Of a stretch of 64,000 nucleotides of DNA, positions 13,924-26,172 are shown in pieces. Position numbers and translations under genes: made by a program. Position 1 is the first letter of the stretch. Every line of letters starts with the position of its first letter. Origin of the DNA: Octopus sinensis (Eukaryota); contig NC_043000.1 in the NCBI RefSeq assembly GCF_006345805.1, positions 19,282,001 to 19,346,000 of the forward strand, read 5' to 3'. The notes under the pieces were generated by a model that saw nothing but the letters and a program-made list of their open reading frames with translations, made no database searches and was not told where the DNA came from.

Positions 13924-15311
13924 ATGTCAAGAACAGGTAGAGCAGTCGACAGACAATGTTGACCATGTATAAGTACAAGTCTGAAAAAGATAAGGAAATA
14001 CGCTTCTCTAGTGAGGCAATCTTATATTTTGAAGAATTAATCTAGGGAGGCGACCCGTCCCAATTTCAATATTATTTTGAGAGGGATTATTAAAGTATTA
14101 ATGTATTATGATATACCTAAGGCGACGAGCTGGTAGAATCCTTGCTGTGCTTGGTAAAATGCTTAACAGCATTTCTTCCGACTCCTTAAACCCTGAGTTC
14201 AAATCCTGCCGAAGTTGGCGTTACCTTTCAGGGTCGATATAATAAGTATTAATTGAGTACTGGGGTCGATGTAATTGACTAGCCCTCTTCCTCACAAAAA
14301 TTCAGGCCTTACGCCTATAGTAGATAGGATTGTTATATTACTAATTGCAGTTATCTATGCATGTGAGTTTTCCCACCCTGCGACACTACTATTTATCCGA
14401 GATAAAAGCCGCTAAACTGGGCCCGATACAGTGTGACACAATTGACCTCAGGCATTGTTATGAGAACTCAAAACATTTTGTCCCACCCTCAAACAGTTCC
14501 ATGAACACACTGCTCTGGGATTGGCTCTTTTCTATCTACCACGGAAAAATAAATGGATGTTAATGAGTTGGATGAAAATTGAACTCCTACGGATAAATAT
14601 TGGAACAAATACCGCTACGTATTAGTATCCAACGGTTCCTCCAAATCACCGACTTTATGGGCGGCTTCTTAATTTACGTATATTCTTTCTTTTCTCATTA
14701 TCATTATATTTTCCAGAGTAAAACCTCAATAATGGTATTTTGTCAAACCTATCCTGGCTTTACAGGTACTTTTTTTTTCTTTTGAAGAGTAATTGTTTCA
14801 ATTTTTAGCGTAAGGCCAGGAACTTTAAGAGAATGAAGAAAGTCGATTTCATGGATCCCAATACTTGACCGGTATTTTATTTTATCGATCCCAAAAGCAG
14901 GAAAGGCAAAGTTAACCTCGGTCGTAAAGACGGACGAAACCGTGCTAAGCATTTTCACAGCGTGCTAACGATTCTGCCATCGCGCCCCATTATGTCGTCT
15001 TCAGAAGAATAACAAAAGTTGCGTATTTTTCGTTCTACTTTCTTGTTATCTTTGCTGTAGTCCTGCTTCATAACAAAACGTAATCTATCTTTGAGGCCAC
15101 TACTTTAACACATTTAACATTGATAAGGAGGAACTGTGTAATAATGTAGGAGTGTTTTGATATCGAGAAACGTCACGCTATCTCGAAAAGTCCAACCAAC
15201 AAAATGTCTCTGGAATTGTTACCATTGTTTTCTATCATTAATACCATCGTCGTCGTCGTCGTCGTCAACAACAACAACATCAGCAACATATTATCAAAAG
15301 CAATAATATCC

Positions 15312-15890
15312 TTTTCTACTCTAGGAAAAAGGCCCGAAGTTTTGGGGGAAGGGACAAGTAGATTAGATCGACTCCAATACGCAACTGGTACTTTATTTAT
15401 CAACCCCGAAAGCATGAAAGGCAGAGTCGACCTCTGTGGAATTTGAACTCAGAACATAATGACAGACGAAATACCTATTTTTACTATCCTGAAGGGACTA
15501 AACACAGAGAGGACAAACAAGGACAAACAAACGGATTAAGTCGATTATATCGACCCCAGTGCGTAACTGGTGTTTATTTAATCGACTCCGAAAGGATGAA
15601 AGGTAAAGTCGACGACGGCGGAATTTGAACTCAGAACGTAGCGGCAGACGAAATACCTATTTCTTTACTGCCCACAAGGGGCTAAACACAGAGGGGACAA
15701 ACAAGGACAGACAAACGGATTAAGTCGATTATATCGACCCCAGTGCGTAACTGGTACTTATTTAATCGACCTCGAAAGCATGAAAGGCAAAGTCGACCTC
15801 GGCGGAATTTGAACTCAGAACGTAGCGGCAGAGGAAATACTGCTAAGCATTTCGCCCGGCGTGCTAACGTTTCTGCCAGCTCGCCGTCTT
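15312..15890 (-). mobile_element. SINE family A, trimer
   Basis: Three cores and one head, with two identical junctions. Confidence 0.85.
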
Positions 15891-16584
15891 TAACAACAGC
15901 AACAATAATATTTTCATCACCCTCACCACCACCATAACCATCGTCGTCGTCATCATCATCAACAACAAAATTATCATCGTCATTATCATCACCATCGTCA
16001 TTATCAGCTGTACGATTTCGGCTGTTTAAGGTCGACTTCATCTTTTATCTCTCTAGTATTAATAAATATTAGTACCAGTCACATACTTTGGTCGCCTCAG
16101 TTGGCTACACCTCATTTTCTAAAACTTTATGATATTCATCTTCAATGGTGACAGAAGTCAGAATCGAGATCAAATATTTTTCCGTTCATCCTTTCACGAT
16201 CGTTAAAGTTAAGTACCAATTACATGCTGGAGTCGATGTAACTTAATAGTAGCCCCACTTCAAATGTGCTTGCATTGCGCCTAAATCAGAAATCATTATT
16301 GTTAAGAGTCCTCTTCTAAGAGGGCTCATTAACCCTATCATACCTTATTGCCGCTATAGCGTGAATAGGTTAAACGTCATCTTTGCCGGATTCCTGGTAA
16401 CGCGGTAATGAGCAATACACACAGAAAAAGAGGATGCAGCCGATTCTGTTCTTTAGTTTGTCTGCAAATGTTGATCTTCAGCTCAATATGCAATTATTGT
16501 TTTGTGTTTTTTTTTTCTTTCAGAAGCCCAAGAGGAGGGTGAAGTTAGACACCGAGGCCAAGGTCTGCAAGATCTGAGAGGGTT

Positions 16585-16980
16585 ACACGTGGCTGCATTG
16601 TAAGAAGCTTGCTTTCCAACCACATGTTTCCGGGTTCAGTCCCACTGTGTAGTACCTTGGGCATGTGTTTTATACTTTAGTCCCAGGGCGACCAAAGCCT
16701 TGTGAGTGGAATTGGCAGACAGAATCTGGAAGAAGCCTGTTGCATATGCTTATGTGCGGCGCGCTCGTGTTTGTGTCTGTGTGTCTCTGTTTGTCCCCCA
16801 CCATTGCATAATAATCCGAGTTAGTGCGTTTACGTTCCCGTAACTTAGCGGTTCGGCAAACGATATCGATAGAATAAGTACCAGGCTTTAAAAAATTAGT
16901 CGATTCATTCGACTAAAAATCCTCCAAGGCGGTACCCCAGCATGGCTGCAGTCTATTGACTGGAACAAGTAAAAGATAAA
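16585..16980 (+). mobile_element. SINE family B
   Basis: Head, central (TG) tract and 3' tail present. Confidence 0.8.
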
Positions 16981-17087
16981 TACATTCATATATTTCTAGC
17001 GAACGTATCCTTGTTGAATTCAGGTTTTCAAAAAATATCGATCTTTTATTCATATTATTGCCATTTTAAAAAAGTTACGATATAGAT

Positions 17088-17328
17088 ATTCTTATTTCCT
17101 CATTGCCCACAAGGAGCTAAACATAGAGGGGACAAACAAGGACAGGCAAAGGGATTAAGTCGATTACATCGACCCCACTGCGTAACTGGTACTTAATTTA
17201 TCGACCCCGAAAGGATGACAGGCAAAGTCAACCTCGGCGGAATTTGAACTCAGAACGTAACGGCATACGAAATACGGCTACGCATTTCGCCCGGCTTGCT
17301 AGCGTTTCTGCCAGTTCACCGCCTTCAC
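17088..17328 (-). mobile_element. SINE family A, monomer
   Basis: Head, core and tail present. Confidence 0.85.
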
Positions 17329-17444
17329 GATATACTTATTCTACTCCATTACATTTTTACTCTCCACTTGTGTTTCTACACAATATATCATGTGCATAGG
17401 TGTTGTTGGCTACAAGTCTTTCACAAACGTATACTGTGTAAATA

Positions 17445-17524
<80 letters not shown>

Positions 17525-18369
17525 ATGGACACCTTTCCTTTCAAGTATCATAAATATTAAGAATACGTTTATGTTCAAGCTTGATGCTGTCAACTAGTAT
17601 TTTCCCCCGAGAACTTTATTTTAGCTAATGTATTGTAATGAGCAACTATTGCTACTTGTTATAAACTCATAGTTAACCATGAGAAAGGATTGTATTTGTG
17701 TCTCCGATGTAATTTCAAAAACGACAAGAAACAGAATATAATGTGTATTATTCTTAACCACAAGCTCATTGTTAGGATGCAATGCAATAGCACAACATTG
17801 AAAGATTTCCTTCTTAACTAAAGACAACAAGCTAACAAATCACAGAGCGTACATCACACAACCAATGTAACATATAAATTTCAATGTAAGCATGAAAGTA
17901 GCAAACTTCATAACTTAAGTTGTTATCTCCAAGACCTTAAACAAAAGACCTTATGATTTACGAGAAATCTTATCCATCTTATCCACTAAGAATAATCTAC
18001 AAATAAACGTAATGACAAGATTTCCTTGCGCTACCACAAAGCCTCAAATTCTTGCTATTATATAAACCTAGCAGTTTAATCCGAAAACAACAAAAACTTC
18101 ATTCGGTGCTTTTATTTAGGCTGTGAGTATCCCAACAATAATGTTTACTTAATTACGTAAAATGACTCAACACTTTATAGTTAATCCAACCAAACAACCC
18201 TCTATTTCTTTACTTATATATTTTATTTAACCACACGCTAGTCACCTTAACATTCCAGTCTTAACTATGTACTTATTTATTATTATTTACTTTTTATTTA
18301 GTTACTTAAGTTTTTGCTTAATCACTTGAGTTACAATTTAGTAATTTTGTTTGGTCACTATTATTAATA

Positions 18370-18545
18370 TAGGCGCAGGAGTGGCTGTGTGGTAAGTAGC
18401 TTGCTAACCAACCACATGGTTCCGGGTTCAGTCCCACTGCGTGGCATCTTGGGCAAGTGTCTTCTGCTATAGCCTCGGGCCGACCAAAGCCTTGTGAGTG
18501 GATTTGGTAGACGGAAACTGAAAGGAGCCTGTCGTGTGTGCGTGC
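18370..18545 (+). mobile_element. SINE family B, 5' half
   Basis: Head through to the central microsatellite. Confidence 0.8.
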
Positions 18546-19423
18546 GCGTATTGACATGAGTACGGGATTCTTTACATACGTTCTTATACACATCCTTTAA
18601 TATCTTATACCTGGACCTAGAGGCGTGGGCATATACGTGTGTGTATGTAGTGATGGGCGCGCGTATATACTTGTGAGCGTGTACGCGCGTAATGTCCGTG
18701 TATATATGCGGATATTCTGTTGTATGTATGTGTGTGTGCGCGCGTGCGTGTGGGTGCGTGTGTGTTTATGTACGTGTTTACACGCGAGTGCGTGTGTATG
18801 CTTATAGGCTTGGAGGCGTATATGTACGCGTGTATGTGGGTGTATATATCCATGATGATATGTATGTACTAGAAGTCCATTTAATTCAAGGAACCAGATT
18901 AAATGCTCATCAGCTCTGATTTACAACGCATTAAGTCCCCAGACGAAACTGATGATGTACTGACAATTCTACAACTAAATTTTATCAATCTCCTGACCAC
19001 CATGCTTGGTCCATAACCTCTATACATCCCTTATCTTTACATTCTTTTACACTTTTATCATGTTTTTATCAGGTTTTTTACTTTATTTCTATTTCTATTT
19101 TTACTTTATATTTCTTTATACCCCCTTTACATCTACTTACAACCCTTTATCCTCTACATTTTTATTTATTCTATACTTACACTTTTTATACATTTTTTAT
19201 CCCTCGTCCCGAACTCTCGCCCCTCCATCTTCACCTCTATATATGTATTTATTTATTTACATTACCTCAACATCCAATTTTCCTCATTCTACATTGAGAG
19301 AAGAAAGAGATGGACGCTTCAACTCTATGCTGCTGCCGCATTATGTCGTACGTGAATGAGAGGATTTGCATCCCCAACCAAGAATTTTTGATGTAACACA
19401 TGTCCTTGTGGAAGCTGTTGTGC

Positions 19424-19501
19424 GCGGCTGAAGAAGGCCACAGACATACATTATGCATTGTTATAAATCTGTCTAATAAAGGCCCGAAACATATGTACCG
19501 C
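19424..19501 (+). ncRNA. Minimal type I hammerhead ribozyme motif, Penelope-like-element type
   Basis: GCGG-CTGAAGA-A-GGCC...GGCCC-GAAAC-ATAT-GT-A-CCGC. Stem I is GCGG/CCGC, the core is intact, stem III is the palindrome ACATATGT, and the cleavage triplet is GUA. Confidence 0.7.
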
Positions 19502-19567
19502 TGAATCCTTCGCATCATGTTTTTATTTTATTTTGATCAATTTACTCTATATATATATATATATATA

Positions 19568-19617
<50 letters not shown>

Positions 19618-19629
19618 TGTGTTGTGTGT

Positions 19630-19850
19630 GTGTGTGTTTGTGTGTCTGTGTTTGTCCCCCTAGCATTGCTTGACAACCGATGCTGGTGTGTTTATGTCCC
19701 CGTCACCTAGCGGTTCGGCAAAAGACACCGATAGAATAAGTACTGGGCTTACAAAAAGAATAAGTCCCGGGGTCGATTTGCTCGACTAAAGGCGGTGCTC
19801 CAGCATGGCCGCAGTCAAATGACTGAAACAAGTAAAAGAGTAAAAGAGAA
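19630..19850 (+). mobile_element. SINE family B, 3' half
   Basis: From the central microsatellite to the gagtaaaa tail. Confidence 0.8.
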
Positions 19851-20104
19851 AAGAAAAAAAGAAATACTGATATTGTTATGTATAAAACTTCAAATGTTTT
19901 TTGTAATCCTACTCTTTTCCCGGGACACAAACACCTTCTCGTTAGCCTATATAGTTGCCTTGAACTTATTTCATACCTACTCCATAATCACGGTCTTTCT
20001 CTGGCCGTTCACTCTTCTGCCTAGAATTGTCTCCTCACCTATGCTACTAACTTACCTTACACCTCAAATCTTCCTATTAGTAACTAAATTACTTTACTCT
20101 TTTA

Positions 20105-20465
20105 CTCTCTTTACTCTTTTACTTGTTTCAGTCATTTGACTGCGGCCATGCTGGAGCACCGCCTTTAGTCGAGCAAATCGACCCCGGGACTTATTCTTTT
20201 GTAAGCCCAGTACTTATTCTATCGGTTTCTTTTGCCGAACCGCTAAGTTACGGGGACATAAACACACCAGCATCGGTTGTCAAGCACAGACACACAAACA
20301 CACATACGCATATATATATATATATACACGACGGGCTTCTTTCAGTTTCCGTCTACCAAATCCACTCACAAGGCTTTGGTCGGCCTGAGGCTATAGTAGA
20401 AGACACTTGCCCAAGATGCCACGCAGTGGGACTGAGCTACTTACCACACAGCCACTCCTGCGCCT
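20105..20465 (-). mobile_element. SINE family B
   Basis: Tail (ttttactc)n, body and head present. Confidence 0.85.
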
Positions 20466-20701
20466 ATTAGTTTCTCTCACAATCTAATTATAAATCTCCC
20501 TTTCCTTCTCTCTCTCTCTCACTCCCACTCACACACACACACACACACACATACACACACACTTATTCTGTGTATCTAATTATAATTCGCCCTTGAACTT
20601 ATCCAGGAGCATGTCCTTATAAAGGCGCTAGTTCATGCAGTGCAATGATCTACAAGTTCTGAGTTCAATCCCTAGTAGGGCACGAAATTAAATCTCAAGG
20701 C

Positions 20702-20740
20702 ACTTGAAGAAGACTGGAACATACACCGTCGAAACGTAGT
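20702..20740 (+). ncRNA. Degenerate hammerhead-like motif
   Basis: AC-TTGAAGA-A-GACtGG...CCGTC-GAAAC-GT-A-GT. C3 is replaced by T and stem I is only 2 bp. Confidence 0.35.
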
Positions 20741-20888
20741 AAATGCAGCAACCAAGATCACTGTCTAATACATGATATAAAATTTATAATCTCAGAAATA
20801 CAGAATTGTAAATAAATTAAAATATGTAATTTCATTAATTTAGAATCGGATTTGAATCCCCAACCAGTCGGTTGACCTTTCACCCTTC

Positions 20889-21270
20889 CGGCATGAACTT
20901 GTCCGGAAAGTTCATGCCGATTTATAGTAGCTTACATTTCGACTTATTTCAGAACATGGTTGAGTCCATAAAATAGGATTTGACTACACCTCCATTTAGA
21001 GCACAGTTTAAGCTATCTTTTCGTGGTAGAAGGTTTATGTTCCTATAACCTGTGTTAATTCTGTAACCCTTAAAAATGGAAGATAAGAAAGTTCCTTTTC
21101 GGAACTTGATGCTTTGGGATGTGTTACCCCACCCTCCATATTCACCAGATATTGCTCCTTCGGATTTCCACTTATTCAAGTCTCTGCAGAATAGTCTTAA
21201 TGGTAAAAATTTCAATTCCTTGGATGACGTATAAAGATACCTCGATGAATTCTTTGCCATGAAACCACCC
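20889..21270 (+). mobile_element. Internally deleted mariner element
   Basis: 21076-21234 reads MEDKKVPFRNLMLWDVLPHPPYSPDIAPSDFHLFKSLQNSLNGKNFNSLDDV*. The YSPDIAPSD motif is the mariner hallmark. Confidence 0.85.
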
Positions 21271-21365
21271 CAATATGTGGTAGAATTTATCTCCTTTCAT
21301 AAAAGTGGTAAATTTTGTATTTCGGTTTATCATTATTATTATTATTATTATGATTATTATTATTA

Positions 21366-21423
<58 letters not shown>

Positions 21424-21544
21424 GAATTTTTTTTATGAATTCAGAATTGATTTCCCAATTATAGAATAAATTGAATTTAGAATAACAAATTTCTATACAA
21501 CATATTTTGCTTTTTTCTTCCACTATATAAGGAAAAAATTAATT

Positions 21545-21574
21545 CCCGGGCAACGCCGGGTGCCTCTGCTAAGT
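21545..21574 (+). mobile_element. Helitron 3' terminus
   Basis: Hairpin CCCGGGCAACGCCGGG followed about 10 nt later by a CTAAGT (CTAG-like) end. Confidence 0.55.
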
Positions 21575-21663
21575 ACACACACACAGACACACATATACGT
21601 ATATATATATATATACATACATATATATATATATAATATATATATATATATATTTGTATATAT

Positions 21664-21700
<37 letters not shown>

Positions 21701-22546
21701 TTGTATATATATATACATATATATCATATATATCTATATATATATATGTTTATGTATTTTATACGTGTGTGTGTGTGTGTGTTAAAGATCCTCGAATGCC
21801 AGAATAATTAAAACATCCGATAGCTGTTACATCTGATGATAATGTTATCTTTCTTACTATTTCGGCTATACCGTATAACTAAAATTGGGTGTGTGTGATA
21901 TGAACACTGTAAATACAATCGCTCTTCAATTTCTAAAACCATGTCCATGAAATTAAATGAATCGGTTCATTTACTCCACTTAATTCATATAACTATTAAG
22001 TTCCCCTCAAATATTTATCGATTGGAATATAACGTCAAATATTCTGTCGTTCGAAACTGCGACCTGGTCACTGACAACGTTAATGTTGCCAGTTTCGAGC
22101 AACGAAAATGTAGACACCATATAACAAACAATAAATGCTTATATGAAGATCACAATTTTTGTGTATTTTTGAATGGCTAATACATGCCATCTACGCTGCA
22201 ATCGTATTAGTTTCAACGGTCTCAGATCAAAATACGTGCCTAGTAAGTACACCTCCCTAAAATCCTCTGTTCCTTTAATTATCTCTTAGTGTACTTCTTG
22301 TTTCTGGTTGTTTAAACTATCAGGTCAGTTAAAATACAAGAATCAAATCTTCGCTTTAGAAAATGTATTTATTTCTATCTAACTTCCTTCAGACTACGAC
22401 TTATCTTACGTATCCGAGACAAGACTTTTCATTGTTTCCCTAATTTACATGCCTTTCAGATAAGAAAAGTTTATTTTGATCGTTAGGTTTTCAGGTACAA
22501 GACAAAAATGTGTACACACACACACACACACACACACACACCACAC

Positions 22547-22599
<53 letters not shown>

Positions 22600-22614
22600 G
22601 CCATATTGAGATGG

Positions 22615-22656
<42 letters not shown>

Positions 22657-22679
22657 CCATGTTGGTGTACCGCTTTTAC

Positions 22680-23690
22680 TGCATCCGGGGATTTTTCCAG
22701 TATTGCTTCTGGTGAAGTAGCGAGTTGGACGTTGCCACTCTGCTTTGTGCCTCCTGCTGCGAAATGGGTTCATCCGGTATTGCAGATAAAATGCTGTCTA
22801 GACGTTTTTTGCAGATTTCCATGTCTACACCTCGCAGATCTCTGTGGTAGGGCATTAAAAATTGTGGTCCCTTGAATCCCAACCTATTACAATATTGGGT
22901 TCGTATCCTCGATGGAGAAGATGGGACCTTTGGCACGGTGCAGTGCTGTCCAGTTCGGAGATTGTTGTAGCTTTCGATTTCGAAATTTGGAGCTAGACCC
23001 TCCATTAACTTCCATATGCATAACACTGCGTATGTATCACGACTCCTTTCCAGGGAGTAGAGTCCCAGTTCCTTTAACCTCTCCCAGTAGCCCATGTGTT
23101 TTACTGACTCTATCTTCTTTGTGTAGTGGCGTCGGATCGCTTCTAGTTCCGCAATTAGTTTTACGCTCTGTGGTGACTACAGTTGGGAGTAGTAGTCCAG
23201 ACAACTGAGAACAAAGGTTCTCCAAAGCAGAAACATTGTGTTTTTGTTCTTGGTCCTGAAGGATCTCCGGATCCAATCTGCCATCCGCCTGCATACAGTT
23301 ACTATCTCAGCAATGTGCACATGGAAAGTTGCATCGTTGCTCATATGGATTCCCAGGTTGGGCACCGAATATAACTCTGGGATTACGTTGCCTGCTGGTT
23401 CCGTGTACTTCAGTTGTTGTTTGTCTGTGGGATGATAACGGAGTACGTGAAATTTTACAGCATTGAACAGCATATTATTCTCATCTGCCCACTTATATAT
23501 TGCGTTCAGGTCATTCTTCAGTCTTAGGATGTCAGTAGGATCCTTGGCCGCCTGTGATACTTTTGTGTCATCTGCATAGCTGGTGAGTGTAGTCAGTCTT
23601 TTTCTGACAATGTGATCCATGATCTTGCTAACAAGTGAGGTCAGAGAGATTTCCAGTGGTTTTGCAAGCGGTTTCATGCATGTTCTTGAC
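22680..23690 (-). mobile_element. CR1/L2-group LINE, 3' reverse-transcriptase fragment
   Basis: YADDTK motif; LNAIYKWADENNMLFNAVKF; LDYYSQL; YWERLKELGLYSLER. Confidence 0.9.
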
Positions 23691-23696
23691 AGAATA

Positions 23697-23870
<174 letters not shown>

Positions 23871-24515
23871 TGTGGGAACAGGACGTCATGAAACGTGTAC
23901 AACAAAGAAGTACGAAGCACGAGTACATGGAACATGAATTATTCTTTCGAACAACGGAAGACGCAAATGGAAAACAAAGCAAACAACATAAAGAACGACA
24001 CTTCATCAGTTGTTTTCTGTTTTTCTAGTTTCGTATTTCGAGCATTTAACAACAACATACGCTTTCCATAAAACAGTTGCTCCCGCAAATCAAATTAAAT
24101 AAAATTTGGGATTTTGCGGAAGGTCAATATAGGTAACATGAACAGGAGCATGAAAATAAACAGAAACGGCTGCTAAGCCTAATCGAGGTTGTGGTGGTGA
24201 ACGCGTAAATCATGCTAGGACAGGAGACAAACAGGAGCACATCTTCCTTGTTCCAGCTTAAACGGAAAGAAAGAAAGAAAGAAAGATAGCTGATGGTGAC
24301 GTGGGAGCCACGTGAGAAAGAGAGGGGGAGCGAGGAAGAGAGAGTGACAGATTAAAGCATAGAATAGTGGGAGAAGAGGAGGTAAAAGTATAAGAGAGAG
24401 AAAAAGAGAGAAAAACAAAATAGTAAAAAGATCGTATAGAGTGCGCATCAGAATTATTAAAATAAAACTTGATATACAAATATATATATACATATATATA
24501 CATATATATCTATAC

Positions 24516-24546
<31 letters not shown>

Positions 24547-24677
24547 CATATATATACATATAAATATATACATATTTATGTATTTATATACATATATATT
24601 TATATTCATATATATATATATGAAATCAAACTATTTTGATAATGTTATTTGCTAATAAATGTTACTGTTTTACTTAC

Positions 24678-24731
24678 ATCGAACTTCTGTAGGCTTTTCG
24701 TTCAATCCCATAGCATATGGTAAATTCCATT
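24678..24731 (-). CDS. Probable 54-nt linker exon of the VWA gene
   Basis: Acceptor is tttctctctttgaatag| and donor is GAT|GTAAGT. It is a symmetric phase 1-1 exon, open in the required frame: (E)WNLPYAMGLNEKPTEVR. Confidence 0.6.
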
Positions 24732-24904
24732 CTATTCAAAGAGAGAAAATAAATAGTCAATACATTGTATAACCAAAAATATATGAGTAGAAATGAGAGA
24801 AGTTAAGTGGCGCTGCTGTCCACTGGTATTTGGAAATAGATCTAATGTTATTCAGGTAGTTATTTGAAAGAATAATTTCATTATTTGCAAAAGTAATTCC
24901 TATA

Positions 24905-25278
24905 GACGTAGGAGTGGCTGTGTGGTAAGTAGCTTGCTTACCAGCCACATGGTTCCGGGTTCAGTTCCACTGCGTGGCACCTTGGGCAAGTGTCTTCTGC
25001 TATAGCCTCGGGCCGACCAAAGCCTTGTGAGTGGATTTGGTAGACGGAAACTGAAAGAAGCCCGTCGTATGCGTGTGTGTGTGTGTTTGTCCCCCCCCCA
25101 ATATCGCTTGACAACCGATGCTGGTGTGTTTACGTCCTCGTAACTTAGCGGTTCGGCAAAAGACACCGATAGAATAAGTACTAGGCTTACAAAGAATAAG
25201 TCCTGGGGTCGATTTGCTCGACTAAAGGCAGTGCTCCAGCATGGCCACAGTCAAATGACTGAAACAAGTAAAAGAGTA
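24905..25278 (+). mobile_element. SINE family B, full length
   Basis: Complete head, body and tail. Confidence 0.9.
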
Positions 25279-25733
25279 TGGCTGTTGTTTTGTATTCTAT
25301 TATTTTTTGTTTCTATATTGAAATTGCTGTTGATATAGATAGAGATATGTAACTTAAGATTTGGACTCGATCATCCCATTCAACTAATAAGAATGAAATT
25401 ACCTCTGATGTCCTCAACCTGCAAGCGGATATCATTTGATATGGTTTTGTAACGTTTACGTACTTTTGAAACACTTTAATGATATAGGGTGTGTGAAAGA
25501 AATATCAGTAATAACAGGGTGTTTAATAGATTATTTTTTGGGTACACAATCCGGTACTATCATTGCTTTACTGTTCATCCTTTTGGGATCTATAAAATAA
25601 GGACTCAGGTCGATGTAACTGACTAAGCCCCCTTCACTCAAAATTTCAGGATTTGTGCCTATAGTAGAAACCATTAATTAGTATTATTATTGTTGTTGTT
25701 GTTTCTGGAAGAATTAAAACAAGTTATACTAAC

Positions 25734-26172
25734 CATCTTCTATCACGTTGTGAATGACATCAGATTTTATAACATCTAAGGCAGCGTAGGTGGAACTCAG
25801 TTTTAAGTATCTTTCAGTTGGCTTGCTTGCAATTCGTACTAATTCGTGGTAGTCGACTTTCCGTCCAATACCAATAACAAATAGCGTAATGTTCTCCTCT
25901 CGGCATTTTTCCGCTGCTATCTGTGTAGCAGTTACATTTTGCGATGTACCATCGGTCATCATTATACCAATTTTTTTAACATTTCTTCTGCCACCATTCT
26001 CCGGGCTAAACAATTCGTCTTTCATGGTTAACAACGCTTGGCTTATATTAGTGTTACCTCTTATCTGTTTAATTGTGTCTAATCTTGATTTCAGTATTTC
26101 TTTGGTATTTGACTCGCTCAAGTTAAAATGAATTCGTGCATCTGTACTGAAGGAAAGTACACCAACTCTAAC
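25734..26172 (-). CDS. VWA-domain protein, exon encoding the rest of the domain
   Basis: Acceptor is cttttgattgactacag|. Translates VRVGVLSFSTDARIHFNL...GNTNISQAL...KKIGIMMTDGTS...ITLFVIGIG...LVRIASKP, typical of VWA. The exon is 439 nt; its phase 0 start joins the previous exon as RQ|VRVG, and it ends phase 1 at G|GTTAGT. Confidence 0.92.

Noticed and set aside
14460-14530. Minus-strand candidate terminal VWA exon (YRKEPIPEQCVHGTV*)
   Set aside because: It is phase-compatible, but the acceptor is modest and there is no homology; such matches arise by chance in AT-rich DNA.
15312-15890. Regularly spaced repeats resembling a CRISPR array
   Set aside because: These are SINE multimers with no unique spacers and no cas genes, in a eukaryotic context.
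23945-24012. Minus-strand CTGATGA...GAAA as another hammerhead
   Set aside because: No credible stem II or stem I pairing could be drawn.
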